Made by a program: the position numbers and the translations under genes. The notes beneath the pieces were generated by a model, which was not told the origin of the DNA, searched no databases, and was given only the letters and a program-made list of their open reading frames with translations. From contig NC_058368.1 of the NCBI RefSeq assembly GCF_018350175.1, forward strand, positions 99,822,001 to 99,886,000: DNA of 64,000 nt, written 5' to 3'. The DNA comes from Felis catus (taxonomy: Eukaryota). Positions 12,479 through 24,229 of this stretch are shown here, piece by piece. Position 1 is the first letter of the stretch. Every line of letters starts with the position of its first letter.

Positions 12479-13487
12479 AAAAACTATTAGTTTTATTTCC
12501 AGACAATTTCAAGTTAATTTGTTACTCTTTATTGAAGTATAATATAGGTATTTCAAAAGGACGTAGTGCACCTATGAACTTTCCCAAATGGCCCACATTC
12601 ATGTTACCAATGCCCAAGTCAAGAAACAGACCATGACTGGCACCCAGAAGATACCATCGTGCCCCTCTTTCAATCACTACCTCTAAGCTCACCACTGTTC
12701 TGACTTCTATCACTATCGATGGCTTTGTTGTATTCATACTTTACACGAATAGAATCATAGAGGGTACACTGTGTTGTGTCTGGTTTCTTTCCTTTAACAT
12801 TATATGTATGACATTCTTCCATATTGTGCATTATTATGGATCACTCATCCACATTCTACACAGTAGCATTCCATTGTGTGACTATACCATGATTTATCCA
12901 TTATACCGTTAAGGAACACTTGGGTAGCTTTAGGTTAGGAACCATCACAGATTGTACTTTGATGAACATTCTTATATATCTTCTGGTGAGATAAGTATGC
13001 ATTTCTGTTGGGTGTTTGCCAAGGAGTGAAATTGCTGGGTCATTATACGTAATACCTATCTATGTATCCATCTGTCTGTCTATCTATTCAAATTTAGTGA
13101 CTAACACTAGCTTTACAAATTGGTTGTACCAATTTTCACTCTCAAGTATTTAGGGTTCCAATGGTTTCACCTACTTATCAACACTTGGTATTCTCTGTGT
13201 TTGTCAGTCATTGTGATAGCTGTGATGGAATTGGGTTTAATTGGCATTTAAGTGATAACTCAGTTAAGACACCTTTCATATGTTAATTTGCCATATGCTG
13301 GTTGTTGTTCAGGAATTTCACCAATTTTTCTACTGGATCACTCTCCTTTTTCTCCTCAATCTCTAGTAGTTCTTTAAAAACCATGGCTATAAGTACTTTA
13401 TAAATAAATGTATTGTGAATACTTCTCCCACTCTGAGGATTAGTTGCCTTTTCAATCTCTTAAAGCTGTCTTTTGTTTTCTGGGTTA

Positions 13488-13730
13488 TTTTTTTTTAATG
13501 TTTATTTATTTTTGAGAAAGAGGGGGAGAGAGAGGGAGAGACAGAGAGAGAGAGAAAGAGACAGCATGAGTGGGGGATGAGCAGAGAGAGAGGAGACACA
13601 GAATCCGTAGCAGGCTTCTGGCTCTGAACTGTCAGCACAGAACCTGATGTGGGACTTGAACTCATGAACTGTGAGATCATGACCTGAGCTGAAGTTGGAT
13701 GCTCAACCAACTGAGCTACCCAGGTTCCCC
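13488..13730 (-). mobile_element. SINEC_Fc-type SINE
   Basis: Reverse-complement full SINE. Confidence 0.94.
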
Positions 13731-13744
13731 TGTTTTTTGTCTTC

Positions 13745-13914
13745 TTTAAAGTTTATTTATCTATTTGGAGAGAGAGAGAGAGTGCATGCACACAAGTGGG
13801 GGAGGGGCAGAGAGAGAGAATCCTGAGTAGGCTCCACCATCAGCACAAAGCCTAACTTGGAGTTGGATCATGAACAGAACCATAAGAGCATGACTTGAGC
13901 CACCCAGGTGCCCC
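13745..13914 (-). mobile_element. CanSINE, internally deleted, adjacent to the previous copy
   Basis: gagccacccaggtgcccc head, (GA)n. Confidence 0.88.
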
Positions 13915-14537
13915 AATGTAGTCTTTTGATGAATAGAAATTCTTCAGTTTTACATTAGATCAGTTTATAAATTCTTGCTTCTTTGATGGGCACTTTTTTT
14001 GTGTGTCCACTTTAAGAAATCTTTGCCTACAAAGGATCATGAAGATGTTCTCCTGTGGTTAAAAAAAAAATAAAAATAAAAAAATTCAGTGCTTTACCCT
14101 TTGCACTTCAACTGCAAGCCATCTGGAGTTGATTTATTATGTACAGAATGCTATAGGAATCAAGATACTTTTTTGTTTCCATATGAATGCAATCCATCAA
14201 GCATTATTGATTGAAAATCATCCTTTTTTTCTACTTTACTTTGAAAAAAAATTTTTTTTCCATGAAAATCAGCCAGGTGTCAAGCTAACCTCTTTCTTTT
14301 GGTCATCTATAATCACTCATCTATAATCACAAATCTAAACATTAATGTGAAAAATGTAAACCAACGGATATACAATAAGTAATACATCATTAAGTATTAA
14401 GTTTCAGAGTTACAAACAGGATTTAAAAATGATTAGGAAGAAGTGATTGTTCTCTCTCTACTTGATGTTTTATTTTTTTCATTTAAAATGTCACTTATCA
14501 AAAAAAAATATGTCATTGATCTATAAAAATAATCATA

Positions 14538-14755
14538 GGGGAGCCTGGGTGGCTCCATCAGTTAAGTGTCTGACTTCAGCTCAGGTCATGATCTCACTAT
14601 TCTCAAGTTCAAGGCCCCTCTTGGGCTTTGTGCTGACAACTAGAGCCTGGGGCCTGCTTCACATTCTGTATCTCCCTCTCTCTGTCCCTCGCCTGCTCAT
14701 GCTCCGTCTCTCTCTGTCTCTTAAAAATGAATAAGCGTTTAAAAAATTTTTTTTA
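14538..14755 (+). mobile_element. SINEC_Fc-type SINE
   Basis: Head/body/tail; aaataatcat-like TSD. Confidence 0.93.
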
Positions 14756-15087
14756 AATAATAATCATTATTAACAACATTCTATTATCCATCTTGCCCTG
14801 GGGTACAATCTTTCCTGAGAACACCCAAAAACAGACAAGAGGAGTATTTTCCCAAAGAGGAGTATTTGAGGAAATTATCACTTTCTTCAGTAGATACAAC
14901 TTTTTCCTTTCTCTCCTCGATCCATCAGAATCCCATTTTACTCTTCTTATTTCCAAATATATTGATATTTCCTCTTTTTCAAAATGATCTTTAGCAATTT
15001 GCCTTAGCCTTGCCAGTAGAAATTTAACTAACATGTATTGAACATATATTAGGCAGTGTGGTAGTTTTCTCTTAAAATAATATTTCT

Positions 15088-15126
15088 TTATTTTTTATTT
15101 TTATTTTAGAGAGAGAGAGAGAGAGA

Positions 15127-15158
<32 letters not shown>

Positions 15159-15316
15159 GTGTGAGAGCAGGAGAAAGGGGAACAGGAAGAAAGACAGAAA
15201 TAATCTTAAGCAGGCTCCACGCTGTGCACAGAGGGTTTGATCCCACAACACTGGGAACATGACCTGGGCTGAAATCAAGAGTCAGACATTCCACCAACTG
15301 GGCCACTCAGGCGCCC
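15088..15316 (-). mobile_element. CanSINE with (GA)n(GT)n microsatellite
   Basis: TSD ttaaaataatatttct/ttaaaatcatatttct. Confidence 0.92.
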
Positions 15317-16086
15317 TTAAAATCATATTTCTAATAGGTAGATCCAATTAGTCTGCAAAGGAAATCATTGTCTTAGTTTTATAACTGTAATAATTATTAA
15401 TATTTTTAAGAGATCAGAGACTTCTATGAGAATCTGATAAAAGTTTCAGTTCTTCTCTCCCGAAAATATACAAATACACAAAATGATATGTAGCATTTCA
15501 AGGGTTCCTAAGGCCACAGGTTGAGAACTTCTTCACCAGAGACTCTCATAAAGCAATGATTATTCTATGAGGATGATCCTCCATAAGCATCGTTGATGGT
15601 TAATAGCACAATGGGTGTAACATGCTGTTTTATTGAGGATAATTTTGTGGTTGCTCTTAGGGCTTAATAAATGATTCCAATATAAAAGCATATTAAACTG
15701 AATGCAATAGGTCTCTGTTTTTTTTTTAATTCTGGATGAATTTAAGACACTTTGTTTGGTAATAATAAGTTTATGAAAATCCTTTTAAAAAAGAAGTGTC
15801 ATTAAGAATAGACATTTTCTTCAACTATATAATGGAACACTTGGTGGCTGCCCCTTCAACCTATCTCTAAGCCACTAGCGAAGAGAAACACAGAATACCT
15901 TATTACCAGCTTTTTTTTTTTCCCAAATAAATAGAAGAACAAAATATAATTGCTTTGTGTAGTTATAAGACAGCACAGCAGGGGGTCTTTTCTTTAAAGA
16001 ATGAAAATGTATTTAATCAATTTGTGTTTCAAAATATATCAGTTTGTTATCACATTCAGTAATGCCACATGAAGCGCCCTGCAGGG

Positions 16087-16190
16087 CCATATTTGGGCAG
16101 TGACACATACAGAGCCTCCCACGTCTGAACACTAGACCAGAACACAAAGCCTGCGCGTGGTGTCACATAGCCAGCTGTGTGTTGCAATTA
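16087..16190. promoter_or_regulatory. Candidate SRF/bHLH enhancer: CArG box, E-box and C/EBP-like site
   Basis: CCATATTTGG 16087-16096 (perfect CC(A/T)6GG), CAGCTG 16172-16177, GTTGCAAT 16181-16188, in unique DNA with retained CpGs. Confidence 0.35.
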
Positions 16191-16448
16191 GCTGCAACTC
16201 CAGCCCCTCATCCTCGACATCTTCTTACCCAAAAACCTACTGTTTTTATTTCTCCTTACTGCTCCACAGACGCTAAAGCTGTCATCTCTGACTTCCATCC
16301 AACAGAAACATTCTTTGCTTCATCAAAAGAAAATCAGACTCCAGGATCTAATACCCTGCTCAGATGTGACACCAAAGAACCGGCGGATTGATCTCCATGA
16401 GCCGGTAGTTTCTACAGCATCCGCAAGTCTTCATGAGTTAAGATTTAA

Positions 16449-16450
16449 AA

Positions 16451-16497
<47 letters not shown>

Positions 16498-16500
16498 ATA
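16449..16500 (+). repeat. (TAAA)n tetranucleotide microsatellite
   Basis: About 13 TAAA units, not attached to a SINE body. Confidence 0.9.
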
Positions 16501-17257
16501 GAAATTTATTTTTCAGTCTAGAAATTTGATACTTAGTAGCTCCTAAAACAATTTCCTTAGTGACTCTGTCAACACAGAATCCTAGGTCTACTGCACAGGA
16601 GGATGTTGAGCTGACTTTTGGCACTGGGTGCTTGCCAGTAAGACTAATAACTACTTTTCTTTTCAGAGAGCATACACAAAAGGAAAGAAATTAGAGGTCA
16701 TACAATAATTTGTAATATACTGCATAAATACAAATGACACCATTGTTCTCATTTTACCCAAATCATCTTCCCACTGTCCATCCTTCCACTCACTCTCATT
16801 CACCCTCAATTCTTCTACCCTTCTTTTAGATTTCAAACCCCCCCCCCCCCGCACAAACTCTGCTTAAGATTAGAGCCAACTTTGATTACTTCAGTCTGTT
16901 TCTGAGAAAGTGAATATGGCTAGAACAAAATCACCCGGCCATTCTGACTATAAATTAACAGTCATGAACACGGAGTAGGCTCTTAATATTGTCCTGCCAT
17001 TGTACTATTTTCCTCAGCGAATTCACACTGCGTCTCTTTGAATGCATCGTTTATGTATTACCTTCTCCTAGATCCTTCATTTTCTAAAACCTCCTCCCTG
17101 TCAGCACATGACATTTTTAATATTTCAATGAGAAAATATGAGCAATTGGAAGAGAACTTCTGGATCTTTCCATTTCTAAAACTAACAACATACTGGCAAC
17201 CACACTCATATACTTGGTCCTCACTTCCATCATAGAGATTTAAAAATAAGTCCCTTT

Positions 17258-17455
17258 GGGGTGCCTGGCTGGCTCAGATGGTTAAGTGACCAACTCTAGG
17301 TTTCGGCTTAGGTCATGAGCTCATAGTTTGTGGGATCGAGCCCTGCGACAGGCTCTGACAGCATGGAGTCTGCTTGGGATTCTCTCTCCCTTTTTCTCTG
17401 CCTCTGCGCTGGTCAAACTCTGTCTCTCAAAATAAATAAACATTTTTTTAATTAA
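17258..17455 (+). mobile_element. CanSINE
   Basis: Head/body/tail. Confidence 0.92.
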
Positions 17456-18459
17456 AAGAAAATAGTAAGCCCACCACTTCAGCAATGCAGCCAATCCTAG
17501 TTTGTCTATCAAAGGACTTCACTTCTGCAATTGATCACGTTTTCTTCTGCAACATCACCTCTTACAGTTGAAGGGATAATTTCCATCTTTATACAAACAT
17601 GTAATATAGTTTACCTAAAAAAAATATGTAAACATTCTTGACTCTTTATCCCTTATCAGCTTCTTCATTTCTCATCCTTCCTATACAGCAAAATTCTTGT
17701 GAGGATCAGTAACTGCTTGGTGCACTTTCCCTCCTCCTCTGGTCCTCATCTTTGCCACTGCACTAAAACCACTTTCAAAGATGCCTACTGATCTCCATGT
17801 TACCAAGTTCATGATTATCTGTCTGCCCCATCTTCCTCTACCTTTCAGGGCTTTCAGCACACTTTTTCCTACTTAAAATAGTTTTTTTTAATGATTTTCT
17901 AGATACCACATCCTCCCGATTCTCCTCCGACCTTGCCAGCAGATTCTTTACGGTCTCTTTGACTTCCTCCAAGAACTTAGCTCTCAGCTTTTATGTTTCA
18001 TCTCTTCTCTGTACTTACTCCCTTTGTGATCACATCCATTCCCGTGGTTTTTAAATACAACCTCTGCACTAATAAATTATTTATATCTCTGGCCTCAACC
18101 TCTCCCCTGAGCTCTGTGCTTGTATACCCAACAGGTTAATTCAGTATCTACTCCTTGATGTCCAATAGGCATAAGAAACTTAACATCTAAAATTAAATTC
18201 CTTATTTCTCTTCAAACCTTCCCCTCTCTGAATCTTCTCTATTTTAGTAAATGGTACCAATATTCACCGAAGTGCCCAGGTGAAAAATCCTGGAGTCATC
18301 CTGGAAAGTCATCCCTGACTTTTCTCTTCCTTGCTTACCAACATACAATCCAATAGCAAACCATGCTATCTTTTTCTTTAAGATATAAACAGAATTGAAC
18401 CAATTTTGACTTTTCTACTAACACTGCCCCACCGCAAGTCCCTATTCATTTTCACATTT

Positions 18460-18655
18460 TTATGTCCATTTATATGAGTGAGAGAGAAAGAGAGAGAGAG
18501 CAGGAGGGGGAGGGGCACAGAGAAAGGGGGGCAGATATGAAGGGGGTTCTGTGCTGACATCAGAGAGCCTGATGTGGGGCTCAAACTCACCAAGTGTGAG
18601 ATCATGACCTGAACCGAAGTCTGACACTTAACTGACTCAGCCACCCAGGCTCCCC
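18460..18655 (-). mobile_element. CanSINE
   Basis: Reverse-complement SINE; TSD attttcacatttt. Confidence 0.92.
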
Positions 18656-18764
18656 TATTTTCACATTTTCTATTACAGTAGACTTGTATTCTCTTCCAGC
18701 CTATATGTCATACAATGTCATAAATGATCATTGGGATTAAATAATCAATCCAAATAATTATTTA

Positions 18765-18989
18765 TTTTTTTATTTAAAATTTTTTTAACGTTTATTTATT
18801 TTTGAGACAGAGAGAGACAGAGCATGAACGGGGGAGGGTCAGAGAGAGAGGGAGACACAGAATCAGAAACAAGCTCCAGCCTCCCAGCGGTCAGCACAGA
18901 GCCTGACGCGGGGCTTGAACTCACCGTCCGCGAGATCATGACCTGAGTTGAAGTCGGACACTTAACCAACTGAGCCATCCAGGCGCCCC
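18765..18989 (-). mobile_element. SINEC_Fc SINE, young
   Basis: Perfect 18-bp TSD AATCCAAATAATTATTTA 18747-18764/18990-19007. Confidence 0.97.
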
Positions 18990-20713
18990 AATCCAAATAA
19001 TTATTTAAAATTATGTAAGATTATGTCAACGCCAGGCACAAAGTTTTCCACAGCTTCCCTTCACACTTAACATGCAAAATCCTAACCTTGATCTACAAAA
19101 TTGGACCTGGTCTAGTCCCTGGATATCCTCTGACCTACGATCTGATAATTCTTTCCCTTACTCACCAAATGCCAATCACTGTTTCTTCCAAGAACTCAAC
19201 AAGCACTTTCCTGCAGGGCCTTTGCACTTGCTCTCTCCTCTGCCAGGAATGCTCTTCCCCCAAATATACATATGGGTTCACCCCTTCAGTTCTTTTAGCT
19301 CTTGCACCTCCCCAGAGAAGCGATCATTTCTGCCCTCCTTAAAATCACAGAACTTTTATCCCTTCTCATTTTTATCCATTTTCCTTCTTTCATATCACTT
19401 ATTACTAGCTGAGAGTGTTTCACCTGATTATTTTATCCATATTTACAATATAAGAGGAGGCATTATGCTAGTTTTATTTGCTGTTATGGTTTCAGGGTCT
19501 ATAACGGTGCTCCATTCAATTCAAAGTGGATTATCATTCCGCAATTGTTAAATGCACAAATGTTTCCTAAACCCTAACATGATGAATTTGCTAATTACAT
19601 TCAGAACCAAGACTCTATATATATTATCAGAAACAGTCTAGTCAATCAATAATGTCATTTTTTTTCTTGGCAAGACAAGCAAATATTAAAAGAGTATTAA
19701 AACAAAAGGGAGTTAACCGCATTCATGAAATTTAATTCCTTTCAATTAAAGAAAGGTCATGCTGAAATAGCAAGTGACTTCAAAAGCAATTGTTGTCATT
19801 CTGGAGACATATTCTATAAATAAAAAAAGTTCCTTTCCCTAAAGCAACTACACAGTCAGAAACTATTTCCAAAGTAGGAACAGCATTATCAAAACTTACA
19901 TAACAATTGTTTCTTTAAATAAATCTAACTTGATCTCTGCTAAGAGCTCATCACTTAAATGAAGTAGGAAAACATCACTTCCTAAATGAACTGTTCGTGC
20001 ACAGCTGGAGGTATGTGGTCAGCACTAACACACAGCATATAAGGATCTGTTTAGTATACTGTGGGTAGCAATGAGATAACGTGGCCAGGAATGACTCTAA
20101 CTTTTCCTGAAATTTTTCATAATGTCCTCGGATATGACCTTGTGAAGATAAGATACTAATGGCTTCTAACTGTTTGAGCCATTCCAACTCATTCATGTAA
20201 TAATAACACTTATTGTTAAATGCAACTTGGAATTTTTCCACTACATAAGAATCTCAACTATTCTGTTCTCGCCTTCAAATAAACAGAAATCAAAAGTAAG
20301 GTAAATTGATGTCAAATGTTAATGATTTTATGATTCTCATTGGTGTTCCTTCCTAAATTATTGCTATCTAGGGAGGCAAAGCTATAGTCCCTCATGTACT
20401 TTTAAGCGGTAACACTACCAGTCATGTACAACAATGAACTTATATTTGGGGTTAACTTAGAATCCCTACAAATAAATTTCTGAGGGTCAGACTATATGTC
20501 CTGTGCCATGTAACAGTATTACTTCAAAATTAAATTAAGTTTATTTGAAAATAAATTTTGCATTTCTATTTTTAGCTGTTAAGGAGTGTGGCTTCAATAC
20601 AAAGGAAGATTCTCAGTTTGGCTGAGCGCTGGGAAAACAGTTAGGAAAATGAAATTGGAACGAGGAGTTGGTATAGAGATGAACTCTGTTCTCTTACAAG
20701 CCAATACTTTACT

Positions 20714-20893
20714 GGGGCGTCTAGGAGGTTCAGTCGATGAAATGTCCACCTCTTGTTTTCCGCTCAGGCCATAGTCTCACGGTTCGTGGGTTTGAGGCCC
20801 GCATCAGGCTTTGCATTGACAGCATGGAGCCTGCTTGGGATTCTCTCTCTTTGGCCCTCCTCTGCTCTCTCTCTCTCTCAAAAAAAAAAAAAA
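20714..20893 (+). mobile_element. CanSINE
   Basis: Head, (CT)n, poly-A. Confidence 0.9.
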
Positions 20894-21139
20894 GTCTATA
20901 GGAATATTTCCCTATATGTGTTCTATGGACTTAGTCATGAAAGAAAAAAAGAATTGAAAGTGTTGGGCAGAAAATCTTCAAGATAGGAGCAAGTCAAATA
21001 AGGTACTGCATTGGAGAAGGAACGAGGTAAAGCTGTCAGAGGTGAAATGGTAAAGAGCAACGTGTTCTTTCCAGTAGTTGCTGTGGGGTGTGTGACATAT
21101 ACTCCCTTGTCCATCTCCTGTGTGAAATTTTTTAAAACT

Positions 21140-21351
21140 TTTGTTTGTTTATTTATTCATTTTTAGAAAGAGAGAGAGGGTGAGGGCAAGCGAGGGAGGG
21201 GCAGAGATAGAACCCCAACCACACCCCATATTTGAGCCCAAGCACAGAGCCCAATGCAGGGCTCCATCTCAGGAACCGTGACAGGAACCATCAGGCTCTG
21301 AGAGGAAGTCAAGAGTCAGACGCTTAACCAACTGAGCCACCCAGGGGCCCC
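21140..21351 (-). mobile_element. CanSINE with rearranged interior
   Basis: Head and tail present; TSD tgtgaaatttttta-like; internal caggaacc duplication. Confidence 0.88.
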
Positions 21352-21672
21352 TCCTTTGTGAAATTTTTTATTAGAAGATACATTGACTCTAATAGTGACA
21401 CCTGCACGGGTTAATTCCTTTGGGAAACTGGAAAGACTGACTGCCATCCTCGTGACTGTGGTATTAACAGAAAAACAACTCATGAATGCAGAGGAGGAAG
21501 GGCTGATGCCTGGACTGGGCTCTCTTTTTGATTCACCCCTCCTTCCAGAATTTGGAAAGTTAGTATCTGCTTTGACCAAAAGGCTATTGTTCCACCACAA
21601 AATAACCTCGGAACACTTTGAATATCAAGTTAACAAAATTCATTTCTAAAACTGAACTTAACAATGGACTTC

Positions 21673-22125
21673 ACTTCCGGAGGAATTACACCCTGATGGT
21701 ACTTTTATGATTTATCCAAGACTTAAAACAGATGTATTTGAAAATATTGTTTAATATGTTCATTAGTGATTTATATGTATCATGAATTCTCAGCCACATT
21801 TCATCCCATTAGGATAACAAATTGACTTCATGCCAGAAGCCCCCTAGAAATACGGAAGGATGCATACTTCCCTTCTATACCATTCACTTTAACCAAGATT
21901 TCAACCCTCAAATAAAATTATGTCACACAGCTTCCCCCGGTGATGATTTTGTGACTCAGAAGTGCATGTGTTCTCTTACCCAACAATTCAAGCTGCTTCT
22001 TCACCAGCATAATAAAGTTAAACAGATAAGTCACGTGACTCACAAGAGAAGGCCTCCACTGTTCTTCCAATAACTGCCCCCAATCTACCTTTATTCAAAT
22101 CAAACACAATATTCAGCTAACCACA
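21673..22125. promoter_or_regulatory. Candidate enhancer: ETS, two AP-1, GATA, MiT/TFE/USF palindromic E-box, RUNX
   Basis: ACTTCCGG 21673-21680; TGACTCA 21952-21958 and 22036-22042; AGATAAG 22024-22030; AGTCACGTGACT 22029-22040; AACCACA 22119-22125. Confidence 0.45.
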
Positions 22126-22347
22126 CAAACCCAAATCACCTGCCTAATACAAGCAGGCTTTTCATAAGAGGCAAAAGTCATGTAGAGGCTGGCAGAAAAC
22201 ATGTACAGAAGCCACATGTAGGGGTAAATATAACTGACTAACCAGAAAGTGGGGGGCTTTAAGAGTTATCACCATCTGGTTACATGAATAGAGATAACTG
22301 TTCTTGCGATGCTGTGTTTAAGTTCTACATTAAAAAAACCTCTTTTT

Positions 22348-22454
22348 GGGGTGCATGGGTGGCTAAGCCCTGAGCTCAGCTCAGGTCATGATCCTGGGAT
22401 CGTGGGACAGAGCGCCAAGTAGGACTCTGTGCTCAATCCTCTGCCCCTCCCCCA

Positions 22455-22501
<47 letters not shown>

Positions 22502-22530
22502 AATAAACTTAAAAATATATAAAAGTAAAA
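22348..22530 (+). mobile_element. CanSINE, internally deleted, long (CT)n
   Basis: Head, caggtcatgatcc, (CT)n, A tail. Confidence 0.88.
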
Positions 22531-23069
22531 AAATTCTTTTAATTCTTAATTCACTAATTGGCGTCATGTTTGCTGTCTAAAAATGTTCCATGTCTCAGAG
22601 TGATAGCTGTTTCCCTTTCTCTATTTCCCTTTCTCTCAAAATTATTCCAAATGATAACTGAATAAAACCAAAGTGTTTTGTCAACAAAGATTACTTTTGT
22701 CAACAATTTAAAACAGAACTTCTTATCTTGGAATACCTAAAAATACAAAAACAAACCCCCCCGCAACCATGTCATCTTTACCACCTGTAATCAATCTGCT
22801 TCCACATTTTATATGGGAGAATATTCCTACTAGGTGTATGAAATTTACTATGGTTAACTGCCACGTTTCATGGGAACCAAAATTCACATCTACTAAAGGG
22901 AGGTACAAACAGGAAGAATGACCAAAGTTATAGGTACATAATTTATTTCTTCTCCTACAATAGTAAAGGAAATTCTTGAGGGCTTTCCATAGGTTATTTT
23001 AAGGTCAACTTCTGTTCTCATATTTACAAGACAATAGTTTACTCATGCCAATATAAAAATTTTTTGAAG

Positions 23070-23352
23070 ACCAGCAATATTTCCCCAGATGTGTTCTATA
23101 GAAAAATTTTTGTGATATGTTAGTAAATGGCCTAGAGATAAATAGATCTTGCTCAACTAAGTTTGAAAGCACTAGATTAACAGATTTTTTTTTACTTTAG
23201 ATATTCTCAGAAGACCTGACTGCTCAACCATTTAGTGAATTTAAAAAGCAATACACTGTGCAGAGTTTCACTTCTTATTTGATCAGGAAACCACTGCGTT
23301 GATTGTCCATTCTGTGACATTAGTGTTGTGTAGAACACACTTGGTAAATGCT
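23070..23352. mobile_element. hAT-Charlie MITE (MER102-like)
   Basis: Imperfect terminal inverted repeats: agcaatatttccccagatgtgttcta / tagaacacacttggtaaatgct. Confidence 0.5.
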
Positions 23353-23979
23353 ATTATTCTATTTATTAGTGAGACAGATAAATATCTAACAGGTAAATTT
23401 CCAATGGCAAACATACACATTTTTATTCCTAGGATGTGGGTTAGAAATCATGAAACAGAGTAGCTCTATTCTTTGAATCATAACACGTAATAAGAGGTCT
23501 TTAGTCTATACATGTAGAAACAGAGTTATTCTAGGCAAGTTGATGGAAACTAAGTCAATGAAGACTTAACTTTTTCCTGACAGTTTCCGTAGACTAATAT
23601 GAAAAAGGCTCATGGGCCCTTTAATCCCCATCTTTGTAAAAAGGGAAAGCCAAAACAAAGGAAGCAGGATTTTAGGTAATAAGATTGTGTTTTGGCTCAT
23701 AATGTTATCTAGAGTGAAGGGTTTTTTGGAAAAATGCAATACAACAGTTTAGTGATCACTGTAAAATTATTCAAATCATAAAATGAGAGTGAGGCATTAA
23801 ATAAGTCAGCTGCCACCTTTAATATATAAAAAATTAGTTAACATCCAAAGTGTACCCTATGTTATTTATAAGGTTTGTCTTCACATGTAGAGGAAACCGT
23901 TGAAGTATGTATTTCCTTAGATAACACTTTAAAATACAGGCTAAAAATATGTTACAAATGTACAATGTATCTTGTTATA

Positions 23980-24087
23980 TTAAGCTTCCACTTAAGTCAC
24001 TTAATAGCGTGTGGCCTTGGATGAAGTACTAAACTTCATGTGCATCTCAGAGCCCTCATAAGTAAAAAGTGAAAAATAACAATCACA

Positions 24088-24132
<45 letters not shown>

Positions 24133-24205
24133 CACACACAGTTATTGCAAGGATTAAGGAAGTTAATAGACATAAAGTCTTTAAGACAATTCTTGGCATG
24201 GAGTA
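23980..24205 (+). mobile_element. MIR with inserted (CA)n microsatellite (24085-24140)
   Basis: cacttaatagcgtgtggccttggatgaagtactaaac...ttattgcaaggattaa is the MIR core. Confidence 0.75.
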
Positions 24206-24229
24206 AATTTTAAAACTACTTTAGATGTG

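Larger units (their letters stand above)
12520..14290 (-). mobile_element. Old L1M (L1MC/ME-like) 3' region, interrupted by two SINEs
   Basis: Antisense L1 motifs: cattccattgtgtgactataccatgatttatcca, aggagtgaaattgctgggtcat, ttggttgtaccaattttcactc, tttaagaaatctttgccta. Confidence 0.8.
16860..19530 (+). mobile_element. Long degraded L2 element interrupted by three SINEs
   Basis: L2 motifs: tctctggcctcaacctctcccctgagctc, gatgtccaataggcat, cagggcctttgcacttgctctctcctctgccaggaatgctcttcccc. Confidence 0.75.

Noticed and set aside
19072..19551. 159-aa plus-strand ORF
   Set aside because: Lies in the L2 3' region (GPLHLLSPLPGMLFP is typical L2 translation); no exon structure.
21316..21649. Overlapping 94-aa and 88-aa ORFs in unique DNA
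   Set aside because: Non-ATG starts and no convincing splice sites; the region is better explained as regulatory DNA.
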